Shown in pieces: positions 39,853 through 51,960 of a stretch of 64,000 nt of DNA. Where the stretch lies: NCBI RefSeq assembly GCF_018977255.1, contig NW_024704743.1:44952001-45016000 (forward strand), written 5' to 3'. Position 1 is the first letter of the stretch. Each line of letters opens with the position of its first letter. The position numbers were made by a program, and so were the translations under genes. The stretch comes from Callorhinchus milii (Eukaryota). The notes under the pieces are model-generated. The model was given only the letters and a program-made list of their open reading frames with translations. It was not told where the DNA came from and did not search any database.

Positions 39853-42800
39853 GCTTAAACAGTGAATAGTTATGAAAAAATGATACCTTAAATCCTGTGC
39901 AGTATAGAAATAAATTGAAAGCATTTTCTGGCAATGTTGCATTCAGAATTCTGCAAGGAGGGAGGATAATGAGGTTAGAATCTACTGCTCATTTTTTTAC
40001 TGCAGAAAAAATTACAATCTTGCAATGTCTTTTTAATGTGTTATTAGTCCACATAGATTGAAGTGCAGTTAAGTGATATATATATTGGAGATACTGAAAC
40101 AATAAATGTCTCCCAAGCATTGAATCAAAGCTGGATACATTATTCCAAAAGCAGACAGCTTTTATACTTCATGAATTTTTATTGTGGTTAACGTTAATGA
40201 AAACTGAACAATAAAGCTCGTGAATGGGGTACAAATGTAATCTCCCTAATCTCTAAAGGTAATCAGGCAAACACTCCAGAACCTTCATCCATACCCACAT
40301 ATCCAATTGGGGAAATTTTCTTCTAATCTGCAGTCCCATTTGAGGCTCTTTCAATTTAAGCCCACGCCTTCTGGTTCTGCTTTCCGAATCAAAGTCAAAT
40401 AGCCGTCATATTTATATTTCGCCTACACAATGCACAATGACATTACAGTAAATCCTATGAAGCGCTTTGAGACATTCGCCCGAAGTGAAAGGCGCCATAT
40501 CAAATGTAAGGATGATGATGATTAATGTTATATTATTATTGTTGTTATATTGGAGACTAAATTGTTAGGGTTGCAAAATAACTCATAAATAGCAAGTCCT
40601 GCAGGTGTCTTGGGCTGACTTTCTGAAGTCTACTCAGACATGGGCACCAGGAGTCTTCTTTGCCCACAATCCAGGTTCATGGAAATCCTGGAAATCAAAA
40701 CTGAGACTGTTCCCCAAGTTGTACATTTCCTTCAACAGCAGAAAGAGTAACATCGGGGTAACCTTTTTGTTACAATTTAGACACTCAATAGCTCTCATAA
40801 ATTTAAAGTCAAGGATCATGTTCCCTTCAATCACTTATTTTAAATGATAAAAAATTGAATCATATGAGTGGCTGCCCGAAATGTAAACTTCTAATTCCTC
40901 CCAACATGAAAGGTGCTATATAAATGCAATTCGTTATTGTTATCCTTCTTCCTTTTCCCGAACTCTCTGCAATGCTTCAAACTTCTTTTTGACAATGGGT
41001 TACACAAAACTGCCCACAATGTTCCAAATATGGCGTCATCATTGATACAAATCCATTTACTGTTAGGGTAATTTTCTGGACACTGTCAAACTCCTGCTCT
41101 TATGACCAAACACGACTGATTTGCTTTATCAGCACCTTATATCCATGAACGTATAATTGACCATATTCAATACTACAGGGAAACACACAAAGAATGCCAT
41201 AACATGCATGTTACCATATTCTAGTGGAAATGGATGAACCTGGGAGCCCTCAAGAGTGGTCCATCACTATATGAATACAAATGAACATGTTGCCTTATTC
41301 AATGCTGGAAAATCACCCCTGAGGCAGGGAAAGGCCCAGTAGTATAAATGAATGGTTCTGACACTTTCACACCCATGGGCAGCACAGTTAGAACCACTGA
41401 TGATGCTTTAAATTGGTTTCCATCAAAGTACGTATTTCAGGCAATACCTTCCTGGAAGGCCTGAATCTATGTGTGCATTGTTCCACTGTTCCACCTTTAG
41501 ATCTAAGAATGACTTGGAAGATGTATACAAAGTCTCCTCACTGCCATCTTCCTGAATTCTGGCATTTAATTCCCCCATCTCCCCTGACAGTGTTGCTGTT
41601 GTTGTTCTCTTCCCCCCAAAAGCCAACATTTATTTTTCTAACTTGAATGTGAGTTACAGCTGCTGTTTCAAAATTACTTCAGTCAACATTGGATTCTGTT
41701 CCAATAATTGCCTCAAACTGTATTTTCACTTCACTAGGCTTACTGTCACTGTTCTAAACCCACACGATTGGAAAATTGTGTTAAATACTATATATTTATA
41801 ATTTTTACCTAAATTACCATTTTGTATATGGCCATACATTTGTCTAATAATAACTGACCCTGTAATTATGTACCCCATAGGTTTGATTAAGTTTGCAAGC
41901 AATGCCAATCATATTGATCACAATTGTCACTGATAACATTTCCCTGATTTTGACAGCTCTGTTAAATTATTTTATGGTAAATCATTAACATAACCTGACA
42001 TCTCTACATGGACTGATCATTTTCACCAGCTTCGATTGAATAAGAGAGAGAAACATGGTGCTTTTTAGCATTGTCTTAAACTCTCTTTTGTGGAGGGTTG
42101 TTTAGTTTGAAAAATATGTTTCTCAATTAAAAAAGAATGGTTCTACATTTCCTTCAAGAGCAGAATATGTTTGTTAATTATAGCCCTGAATCCTTACAGT
42201 CAGGCTAAACAATAAAGGGCTTCCTCAAGCAATCCCTGAGTATAATTGTTAGTGACAGATGGTGAACAGCTAAGGACTTCCTGAGTATAATTATTTCTAT
42301 GTTATGTGTATATGCAACTAAATGCTAAAATTCCTTACCTATGCCTATATATAGACTACTGCAGTTAGCTTAGGGTGAGTTTGGACAAGGAGAAAGATTT
42401 GCTCATAGCCTTGAGGCTAAATCACTGCTGATCTGAATTGGCAGATATACAATAAAGTAATTCTGTTTTTTTTAAATATGCCCTACAGTGTAGACCTGGC
42501 TCGTTCCTTTCTGAGACCTCTTGAATAGAACCTGCATTGTTACAGTATATAGCATCTAATGAGCGAGCTATGTAATTCTAGGGCAGAGGCCAACAGGAAT
42601 AATACTTACAGGGCTTCATTATGTGCATAATACACCTATTATCTGAACCTCATAATAGTGCTCTTCGCTGCTTCTTGAGAGCAATTCCAGTTTCAACATG
42701 TTCAGCTATGACCATTAAAATCAGACATAATTTGCACTGTGAATAAATGTCAATTGGGTTGAAAATAAAGGGACTAGCAATTTGATTGTGCTGGTATCCT

Positions 42801-43059
42801 CCTCTGTGACATTTATCAGTAACAATAATGCTTAGATTTTGTTTAAACTCGGGTCTCCAAAGGTGAAAGCAATTGATGTGAATCAGATTGCTGTCTGTTT
42901 GGCTTCCCAAAGTTTTGGAATTAGAAAGAAAATAACTTTGGACATAATATTAGTTTTCAAAATAACAAAATAGAATTTACAACTCATGCACTTTATTTGT
43001 GAAAAATATATGGAAGTGTGTGCTTTACAGGGGCTGTGGGATTGTCCCACTGGAGATAC

Positions 43060-43480
43060 TAGAACTGATAAGGTTGAACGGACGTTTTATGGAGGTATTC
43101 CAAATCATGAGTGGTTTGTTAAGGTAAATTAGGGAGAAGCTATTTCCAGAGGTCGTTGAGTCGGTAACTGGAGGGCACAAATTTATGATCATCACCTAAA
43201 ACAACAATTTGCATTGATATTTGCATTTAACACAGGGGAAGGTTAGGGGATTTTTTTTTACACACAGAGAGTTATTTGGACACGGAATGCTCTATCAAAA
43301 CCAGTGGTTAAAGCAGAATCCATAATAGCTTTTAAAAAGGTATTCGACAAATATCTGAAAATGAAAAAGTATGAAAGGGATTGGGGAGAAGGCAGCGGAG
43401 TGAGACCGGACCGGCCGCTCTTTCAGAGAACTGTCACATGGACAATGATCTTTGTCTGCATTGAAAGATTTTATGATTCT
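43060..43480 (+). mobile_element. Old CR1 3' fragment
   Basis: EVFQIM...EKLFP...FFTQRV...VVKAESIIAFKKVFDKYLK, homologous to the 33190-33500 copy. Confidence 0.75.
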
Positions 43481-44919
43481 ATATTTGTTTGCACACCCTT
43501 GGTGGCATGGACATGTTGTGTTTGCCCAAGGAAGACAACATCTGAAGCACTGCCATTGCTTCTTCATAGGAGGCTTTTGCACAAAGTCGGCAGGATATCA
43601 TTGACCCATCTTTTTGTCTGGATCGTGAAGCTTATCCTCTTAAAATGTTTACCACCCTTTGCACCCCTCATGAATATCTCCTCTCTGACTTAAATAAGTT
43701 GTATTTTTTCAAATGAGATTTTCAAAGTGGGTTGAATTTCCATCTTCCCATAACCTTGTAAATTTCGAGCTTCAATATACAGTATCTTTCTTTGTAGAAA
43801 ATGCTTGGAATAATCACAACACAATGTATGCTTCAAATGGATTTGCAACATTGTAAATGCTTTGGAAACAGACCATTTGTTTTTTCAGAAGTTGCAATGT
43901 CAGTTTGCTGGAAGCTATTATATCATTATATTAGAATATACAAATACTGTACAGCAAATACAGAAAATAACATGTTCACCATTTAAATCTTTACATTGCA
44001 TATTTTCCCTCTGACTCATCCCTTCTCTCCCCACTTTTAAAGTCTGCCTTAAGACTTATCTCTTTGGCCACACTTTTTATAATCTTTTCCCCTCCCAACC
44101 TTCTTCAGATCCCCGACCCCTCCCCCCAAACCCGGGCTCCCAGAAAAGAGTTCTGTGATGTCTTCCTGATGTGAATAAGCTCTCCGAGATGTTACCCTTC
44201 ACGAAGGGCGCTATATAAATGAAAGTTGTTGTTGAATAGAAAAAGGCACTATATAAATGTGGATTTTATTATTTTTTATTTTATTCTCACTTGTTTTGGA
44301 ACAAGTGTTGTTTAAAACTTACCAATCATATATGTGTTTTTGTCAATTTTGGAAGACATTCACGATTTCTAGTATGAAATTAAATTCATCTCTTAATATA
44401 AAATATAACACAAGCATGGAACTACTTCTGCCTGCTTAATTCATGGTGCATTTAGATATTTTGTGTCAGTAGTTTCACACGTATTGTGCAGAATAGAAAG
44501 AACAAGAGTGATACTCCTTGTGAAACAGTACTCAACGAGAAATTTAGTAGCATTAACCTTACTTCATACCTTTATATGAACTCACAGGGCTAAATATTCC
44601 TCACTAGTTCTTTGGCTCAATAGTGAAGGATCTAATATCTGAGCCAGTTCTGGATGTTTGAACTTAATACTGTGTCCCTGCTGAGGGGATTTTCAAGGCC
44701 CTGGCCAGTCACATTCCTGGAGAAGCAGCTAATGTGATATAATAGGAAGCACTGAAGTCTCCTCCGTCTCCTCCTCCTTATAAAAACATTAATGAAATTA
44801 AACCAAATGGACCTCTTATCATTTTTTAAACTAATTTACTCTCACATGTGAGGTATGAGTAAAATTCTAGGGAAGAGCTATTGATGGCCCAATTTATTCT
44901 TGTTAAAAGTAAGTTTAGC

Positions 44920-45190
44920 TTCTGTCTGGCTCAATTGACAGCATGCTCGCCTCTGCAGCAGAAAGTTATTGGTACAAGCCTTTGTCAAGATATTCAGCTC
45001 ATAATCTAAACTGACACTCTAGCGATGAGCCATGGGAGTGCTATGTTTTCCAAGTTTCAGTCCTTGGGATGAAATATCTGTCCCTGTCTGCTTGTTCAGG
45101 TGGACCTTAAGGATCCCATGAAAAGGCGTGGCCAACAATCTTCCAAATAAAATTGGTTGTTCACTTCATGGCTGTTTGTGGGACCTGTAT
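44920..45190 (+). mobile_element. Older Deu-SINE, degraded
   Basis: TGTCTGCTTGTTCAGGTGGAC...GATCCCATG...CACTTCATGGCTGTTTGTGGGA. Confidence 0.65.
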
Positions 45191-47139
45191 CCAACATTTA
45201 CCTGTATAGTTTTAAAATAAATCTTGGGGATCTCTTGACTGAGTTTGGATTGTTACAGCTATATTTCTAAGGTCCATTTGCTGGCTCACAAATTTAAATT
45301 AACCTTTTATTAAATAAGGATTGTATTTTGGGGAAAAAGTGAGTTTTTTCTGTAGTTAATCTGTGATCACACACATGTGCAGAACAAGCGGATGAAAACA
45401 ACAACAACTTGCGTTTATAGCAGACCCCTCATGCAGGGTAGTGTCCAAGAGGGCTTAACCTTAACCCTAACCCTAATAACACTAACCCTAACCCCAACCT
45501 CTAACATTGAATGAAGCTGGGTACTTTCATTGCCAAACTGGTTAAAAGAAGCATATATTTATCTGATACACCATATGCGGACATATATTTATCTGATCAG
45601 CGTTTGTCATCAAGAGTCTTGCTGATGTACACCATTCAGTATAATACAGTTCTGATGAGCCAGATGTTTGGTTCATTCTAACAAAACTGAAAATATATCT
45701 ATTATAAGAACTTAAAAATTCAGGAAGAAAATTCAAAGTCAAATTGCCTTATAGCAAGGCACAGCGCAGTGTTTTAACAGATAGCATTATAATGAGACTG
45801 TAGTCTACTGGTGATTCTGAAATAATACAAGATGAAGTTATGTCATGACCAACAGCATGATATGATGCATATCTCCAAATGTGAGGCTGACCAGATAACT
45901 CATAGGAGACAAAATCTCCGGGGAATTAAACCTGGCAAATGAGATATTAATCACATCTCTACGCTGTCCACACATATGCTATCCAAATGTGTTGTAACAT
46001 CTGTCACACATGTTACATCATATTTGAAACGTAATTTTTATATACAGCTCTATTTTATGATGACCCAAGCCTAGGGATATGATAAAAAAACTCAGTGCCC
46101 AGATCACACAGCAGTATATAAATCAATGCCAATCTAACAAACAACTTAATACAAATTAATCTTCCTGCCACAATATTAAGTTCTCAAATCTCTTTGGAAA
46201 CCATTATCAGGAGAAGAAAATATTTTTAAAAATCACAATTAGGATAACTACAGCATTATAATCCTTGCATTTGCATTTGATATAGTGCCTTGTCACGTTG
46301 TCAAGATTCTCAAAATGCTTCACAAGATAAAGTGGTGTGACTGTGTGTATTTTGTGGGCAATGACAACAACAAGAATAGCAAATTAAGAGAATAAAAATC
46401 TCTTCTTCACCATCTTCATTTATCTCAGGGTATACTTGGTTGCCAGTCACCTTCAGGCTTCCTCTGTGTGTTCCCCTTCTCAGGAAATTGGACCAGGTAA
46501 AACAACATGCAACCAAAGCAAACAATAATACTGTGTCAGCAATTTTGCTAGTAAAGCATAAAGGTTCTAAAGCTGATTTTTGAGGAAGATGTCCCTCTCC
46601 TGTCTGCATATACTCTCTTTCCAGTTCTTTGTGTTTCTCAGGTCACATTAAGTCACATCTGGGTGGGCAAGGAGACTTCTGCCAATGTTACTTTGAATGC
46701 AACCATTAGGTGGTGTCCAAGAGCGACTGTTTTGATCTCCCAGTGAAGCAGTGAGCTGTCTCTACTTCTGACTAATTGAGTCTTTGCCACTCTGAGTTGC
46801 AGCATGTTTACACGTCAGTTCACTGAATGGACAACTGCATAAAACTGTTCTTGTCTAACTGGTACTGGCCCACCCATTAAGGTTTTGGCTGGCAAAATGT
46901 AAAGAACATGCATTTTTGTAGTGTTTTATAAGGCAAACAACTCAATATGTATATATTGCAAAGTGCTTGGGGACATCCTACCAATATGAAAGGCCCGATA
47001 TCAAATGCAAGGATTATTATTATTTATGGTATCATCATCTTCCATCTAGTGTTAATGCAGAGTTGGTGGGAATGCTAAAGAGCAAAGTAATAATAATAAT
47101 CCTCACATTTCTAGTAGATACATACTTGAGTTCTTGCCA

Positions 47140-47563
47140 GACTGCACTGGCTGCCTATCCCAGAGAGGACCGATTTCAAGATCCTCACCCTTGTCTTCAA
47201 ATCCCTCCACTCCTCTACACCCCCCTACCTCTCTGACCTCCTATCTCCTCACAACAGTGCCCGTTGCTTTGTTTCTTCGGGTCTGGCCTCCTCCTTGTCC
47301 TCCAAATCCTCTGCTCCACCCTCGGCGGCCGTGCCTTCAGCCACTATGCCCCAAGGCTCTGGAACTCCCTTCCTCACTCCCTTCGCCTCGTCCCCTCTCT
47401 TCCTATTTTCAGGTCTCTGCTGAAGACCTTTCTTTTCGACCGCGCCTTTGGTCACCTTTCTCCTCCTCCCTCCCCTGGCTTGGCCCCGGTATCCGTTACT
47501 GTGAAGCACTCTGAGATGCCTTCCGGTGTGGAGGGAGCTATACAAATCCAAGTTGTTGTTGTT
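47140..47563 (+). mobile_element. L2 LINE 3' fragment
   Basis: LHWLPI..., GGRAFSHYAPRLWNSLP, and a GAGGGAGCTATACAAAT-(GTT)n tail. Confidence 0.9.
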
Positions 47564-50500
47564 GATTAGGAAGGTTATCACAGCACATTGGGTAAAGGCA
47601 GACAAATGATATTGAGAGATCTAAGAAAATGGCTAAGTAGCTCAATAGGGCGGAGGCCTAATCCTGTAGATAGTTTCTCTCCTCAAATTCAGTGCTCATC
47701 CGACTAAGCTACTCAGAATGTTTCTAGTTCACTGAACCACTTCACTGTTTCTGAGATTCTGAGATATGAAGTTGATAAATATTATCAGACAAATTAAATT
47801 TTTTCATGGTTAATTGATTATGCCTTAATGCCTGTACGAAACCTAGCAGTATATCTGCTAAATGGGAGAGAAAGAAGAAAGAGTTTTTTTTTATCATGTC
47901 GAAACATTCAGTTGTACTGGCTGTTTAAGTAGGCAGCTATTGTACACACTGCAAGGTCTCTCCTCAATCAGCCATGAGGTGGAGGTAAGTAAATATACTG
48001 TCATGGGGACATCAGCCACACTGGAGAAAAAAGATCAAATTATGCCACTGAACGTCTAACGTCTACCTAAAGAAATAAGAGAGCTAACTCAAGAGAAAGG
48101 CTTTATGATCAAAGTTGAGATGTGACTGAGCACATAAACATGTTACCTCTATCATCAGCTCTCTTATCCACGGAGGAGGTGGGGGAGGGTGGGGGGGAAG
48201 GGGGGGATTGTGTGTGGTCGTCACACATACAATCAAACGATAAATGAATAAAATGCTAATGTGACTTGTTATTTTAAAATACATTGTATCTTCAAGACAC
48301 TATAGCATTTATTTTATATTTTGTTTTGATGGGGAGGAGGGGCGGGAGAGTATGGAACCAATATTATTGCAGTCAGCGTTATACTTCTGTTTGTCAGCGG
48401 TGGCAAAGTACTCAATTTTTCAGTGCTCTGAGACGCTGCCCCGTGCGTAAGGTGCTATATTGTAGCCTTTCTCTCACAAAACACAGAGTCACTCCACTTT
48501 ACTGTAAATCGTGTGAAGTGCTTTCCTGGCGTGAAAGGCACTATACCAAATGTAAGAATTATTATTATTATTATATCAATGCAAGTTGATGCGCTTCTCC
48601 TATTCCATTTGTTCCATCAAGTTGTAATGTGCTGAAAGTTGTAACACTTCATAACATCTTTGATTGTCACATTGTATTTTTCATGAAATACAACTAATCC
48701 CCCCCACCCCCCGCAGATATTTCATGATAAACCAAAATAACATTAAAAATAAGTCGTGTCAGAACAATCTCAAATGATTTTTAAAATCTCAACCAGATGC
48801 TGTCCATTCAGGTAAAACATATTTGAACTGTATTATTATGCTCATTGGTAAAACAAAACACATTGTTAAAGGGATTATTTAGCATAAAAGGGGATAGCAA
48901 TTTGTCCCCTTCAAAGATAAATCTAGACAGGTCAACCTAATCACTCCTTTTAAAGGTTTCTTTGTTAATCCACCTTTTGTTTTCAAAGCACCTACTGCTT
49001 AATTTATACTGAAAATATTTGCATTGATTTTTGCTCCCCATAATAGATTTCTTTACATTACCACTGAATGGGATATTTGAATTAAGCCACACTTTGGTAT
49101 GATAATAGCTTCAGACGAAGATGCTCTTTTTGCCTAGCTGCTTTTATTTGACTCTGAGTTTACAGTCGAAACTAGCAGACTTATAGCCGTGGAAGCCGAT
49201 TCCAATTTCCACAATTATCTCAGCTTTGCAGAAGCTATGTGTGTAAAGGCCACTACACAAATGCAAAAGGAAAATGCACACCAATGCTTCATCTGCAGAT
49301 CATATCAATGAGATATGCTGTATTTCACCTTCTCTGGCATGCAGCTTTCTAAAAAGCTGCTGCTTTACCTGATCCAGACCTTCCATTCAGCGAGAAGTTT
49401 TAGCTGAGAATTAAAACAGTGGGAATTTCTCTTTTGCTGGAGCCGCAGGAGGAACCCTGCAGGTACCATAAAATGATGCTCTGAAATGAAAGCCTTTGAG
49501 TGACAGGCAGTTTTTTGTTTCATCTTTTAATTCACCCAGCAACTGACATGAAGGCATTTCTGTCCTCACAGAAGGCAGCCCAGGCAGCAGGATCTCAGAG
49601 ACACTACTTGTCCAGGGCTGTAAAATGCTACGCTGGCATTGTCCCCACTTTAACAACAAATGCACATCACTCATCAATTACCATTTTGCTCTGCTTTAAT
49701 GATTGCTCAAGGGAAATGGGAGGGGAATAATAGGATTGAATTTGTCTATTCAGTGTTTGGTTATGATGCATGTACTATGTTTACAGGCAGGTGGAAAAAT
49801 CCATATATAATCCATTTATTTTCTCAGACACGAGTCCGCCCACAAACCAATTTTCTTAATAGTCGATGCTGTGTCCAAAAATGCGCCAAGGAATCTTTTC
49901 TTAGAGCGGCGATGCTCTTCGTCAGTGACACTGACTGATTTTGTGATGTGAATGTAGTGGTTGTTGCCAATGATAGCACGATTTTCCAAGCATGCGACAG
50001 GTCTTGTTATCTCCAGATAGCCAACATTCAGCGAATGCCTTGCTGCTGAATCTGTAAGGGAGTCAGGGAGTAAGGGAGTAATGTTTGTGTCACTCCATTT
50101 ACCTAGTGACACAAACATCAGATGCATAATTCAAATGGCCTTGCCAGCTCCTGATAAAAATAGCTCATTGCCCCAGCTCTGACATTAATTAGCATATTGG
50201 CTTTGCCTAAATTATTTTATTTGCAGATTCAGCAATCCGGTGTTCAGTGAAGGTCTTTGCCATTGTAATTTTTGACAACAACACTTGGAATAACATTTCC
50301 CACCTTGAAAGTTAGTGCTTGGCAGCTAAATGTACCTGCATTGCTTGCAAAAAAAAATCAAAGGGGACACTTAAGCTCAAGTGGCAGAAACCTGCAGGTC
50401 AAATGCATTTCTTTTTTTTAAATAAAAAAAATGCATTTCTTTTTTTTTCCCTTTTTTAAATAAAAAAAAGAAAGTGCAGAGAGGGTCGGGATTTCTGGAT

Positions 50501-50903
50501 GGGAAATCTTGGACGTGCATTTTTCCCTGCAGGTTGATGCGATGGCATGAAACAATCTCTCGGAGGGTGAGAATGCAATTCTTACACGAACTGGAACAGT
50601 TTTCCTGGAGGGAGGAAGGAGTGAGTGAGTGAGTGAGGGAGGGAGGGTAGTGATGGTGTGTGTGTGTGTGGGGGGGATCATAATGTGCACAATACTTTAG
50701 TGAGGGCTTCGCGTTGCATTGCTTTCTGATGACTCCTTTTGCAAAAAAACACACACACACACACACACACACCAGTGTCTCTTCACACTGGATCCGGATT
50801 CCCGTGGATCTGTGCTCTGTGCTCTGCTGCTACATATATATATATATTTTTTTTTGCTGGAGCTGCTGGAAATGCAGAGTGCTGTGGGAATCCTGGGAGT
50901 TGG

Positions 50904-50911
50904 TGATGTCA
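50904..50911 (+). promoter_or_regulatory. CRE-like element of the RARB P2 promoter
   Basis: TGATGTCA within the conserved block GAATCCTGGGAGTTGGTGATGTCAG, at the same position relative to the RAREs as recalled for mammals. Confidence 0.75.
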
Positions 50912-50921
50912 GGCTGGGTTT

Positions 50922-50938
50922 GGGTCATTTGAAGGTTA
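50922..50938 (+). promoter_or_regulatory. Second (imperfect) DR5 RARE of the RARB P2 promoter
   Basis: GGGTCA-tttga-AGGTTA, matching the recalled upstream RARE of the mammalian RARbeta2 promoter. Confidence 0.85.
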
Positions 50939-50953
50939 GCAGGGCTGGGGCTG

Positions 50954-50970
50954 GGTTCAGGGAAAGTTCA
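50954..50970 (+). promoter_or_regulatory. DR5 retinoic acid response element (betaRARE) of the RARB P2 promoter
   Basis: GGTTCA-gggaa-AGTTCA followed by CTTGCA...GCAATTCAATC, collinear with the classic betaRARE GGTTCA-ccgaa-AGTTCA and its recalled flanks. Confidence 0.95.
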
Positions 50971-51118
50971 CTTGCATGCATTAAGCAATTCAATCTTTTT
51001 TCCCTCTCTCTCTCTCTCTCTCTCTCGCTCTGTGTGTGTGTGTGTGTGTGGTGTGTGTGTGAGTGAGTGAGTGAGTGTGTGCGCTGCAGTGCTGTGCAGT
51101 GCTGTGGCTGTGGCGGTG

Positions 51119-51175
51119 GTGTGACAGACGCAGAGGGGAGTAGGAAGTGAAGCTGCTCGGATGCAGGAGGGGCTG
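51119..51175 (+). promoter_or_regulatory. Conserved block homologous to the mammalian RARbeta2 transcription start region
   Basis: GTGTGACAGA...GAGTAGGAAGTGAAGCTGCTCGGATGCAGGAGGG resembles the recalled 5' end of human RARB2 mRNA (GTGACAGAAGTAGTAGGAAGTGAGCTGTTCAGAGGCAGGAGGG). Confidence 0.7.
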
Positions 51176-51639
51176 TTTCGCAGAACGAGGGGGTGTCCGA
51201 TCGCCGTGTTTTGCTGCTAACACATTTATTTGTCTGTGTGCCCGGGGTGGGGGGGGGGGGGGGGGGGGGGAGGAGGGGGGGGGTGGGTGCGTGGAGGGTG
51301 GGTGGGTGGCTGGGGGTGGGGGGGGGTTTGCAATCGTTTGCAAAAGCATATGGCGAGACCTGCGGGACCCCAGTGCAAGGCGAGGGCTCGCGAGTGATCA
51401 GCGCCACAGCCACAGCCACAGTCACAACACTGAACCTTTTTGACAGGTTTGCAATTCCCACCCACCCTCCCTCCCTCCTCCCTCCCTCCCCCTCCCTCCC
51501 TCCCCCACCTCTCCTCCCTCCCTCCCTCCCTCCCCCCTCCTCTCCCTCCCTCCCCCACCTCTCCCTCCTCTCCCTCCCTCCCTCCCTCCTGGTTTGAATT
51601 CAGCGCCGATCTGCCTTTGCAAAGAGAGAGAGAGAGAGA

Positions 51640-51671
<32 letters not shown>

Positions 51672-51678
51672 CAGAAAG

Positions 51679-51714
<36 letters not shown>

Positions 51715-51717
51715 AAA

Positions 51718-51726
51718 ATGGTAAAT
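51718..51726 (+). other. Putative RARbeta4-type alternative splice donor in the leader (AATG|GTAAAT)
   Basis: GT at 51721-51722 in AAAATG|GTAAAT, the position recalled for the donor that produces RARbeta4 in mammals. Confidence 0.6.
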
Positions 51727-51783
51727 GATCATTTGGATCAATTACAGAGGCTTTTAAGCTGTGTTGTCTGTCATAATTCATGA
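51718..51783 (+). other. Conserved upstream ORF in the RARbeta2 leader (MVNDHLDQLQRLLSCVVCHNS*)
   Basis: ATG at 51718 and TGA at 51781-51783, which overlaps the next uATG (51780). A nested uORF runs 51725-51757 (MIIWINYRGF*). The sequence closely matches the recalled mammalian leader. Confidence 0.75.
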
Positions 51784-51960
51784 TTCTGGTCCTGGGAAAT
51801 AGACCAAGAGTTGTCGTGCCAAGAAGGAAGAGGAGAGCACAGCGCGGGGGCAGAGTTGGATGGAGTTCGTGCAACTTTCCTTTCCCTTTTGCAAATCTGC
51901 CCGCGCCGAGAGAGGATCAGCACTTTGCTTTGCAGGTTGTGGGGGGGAGGTTTTCTCGAC

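Noticed and set aside
1..50800. Upstream RARbeta1/beta3-specific coding exons
   Set aside because: No ORF resembles the recalled beta1 A region. Short or non-coding exons cannot be excluded by eye.
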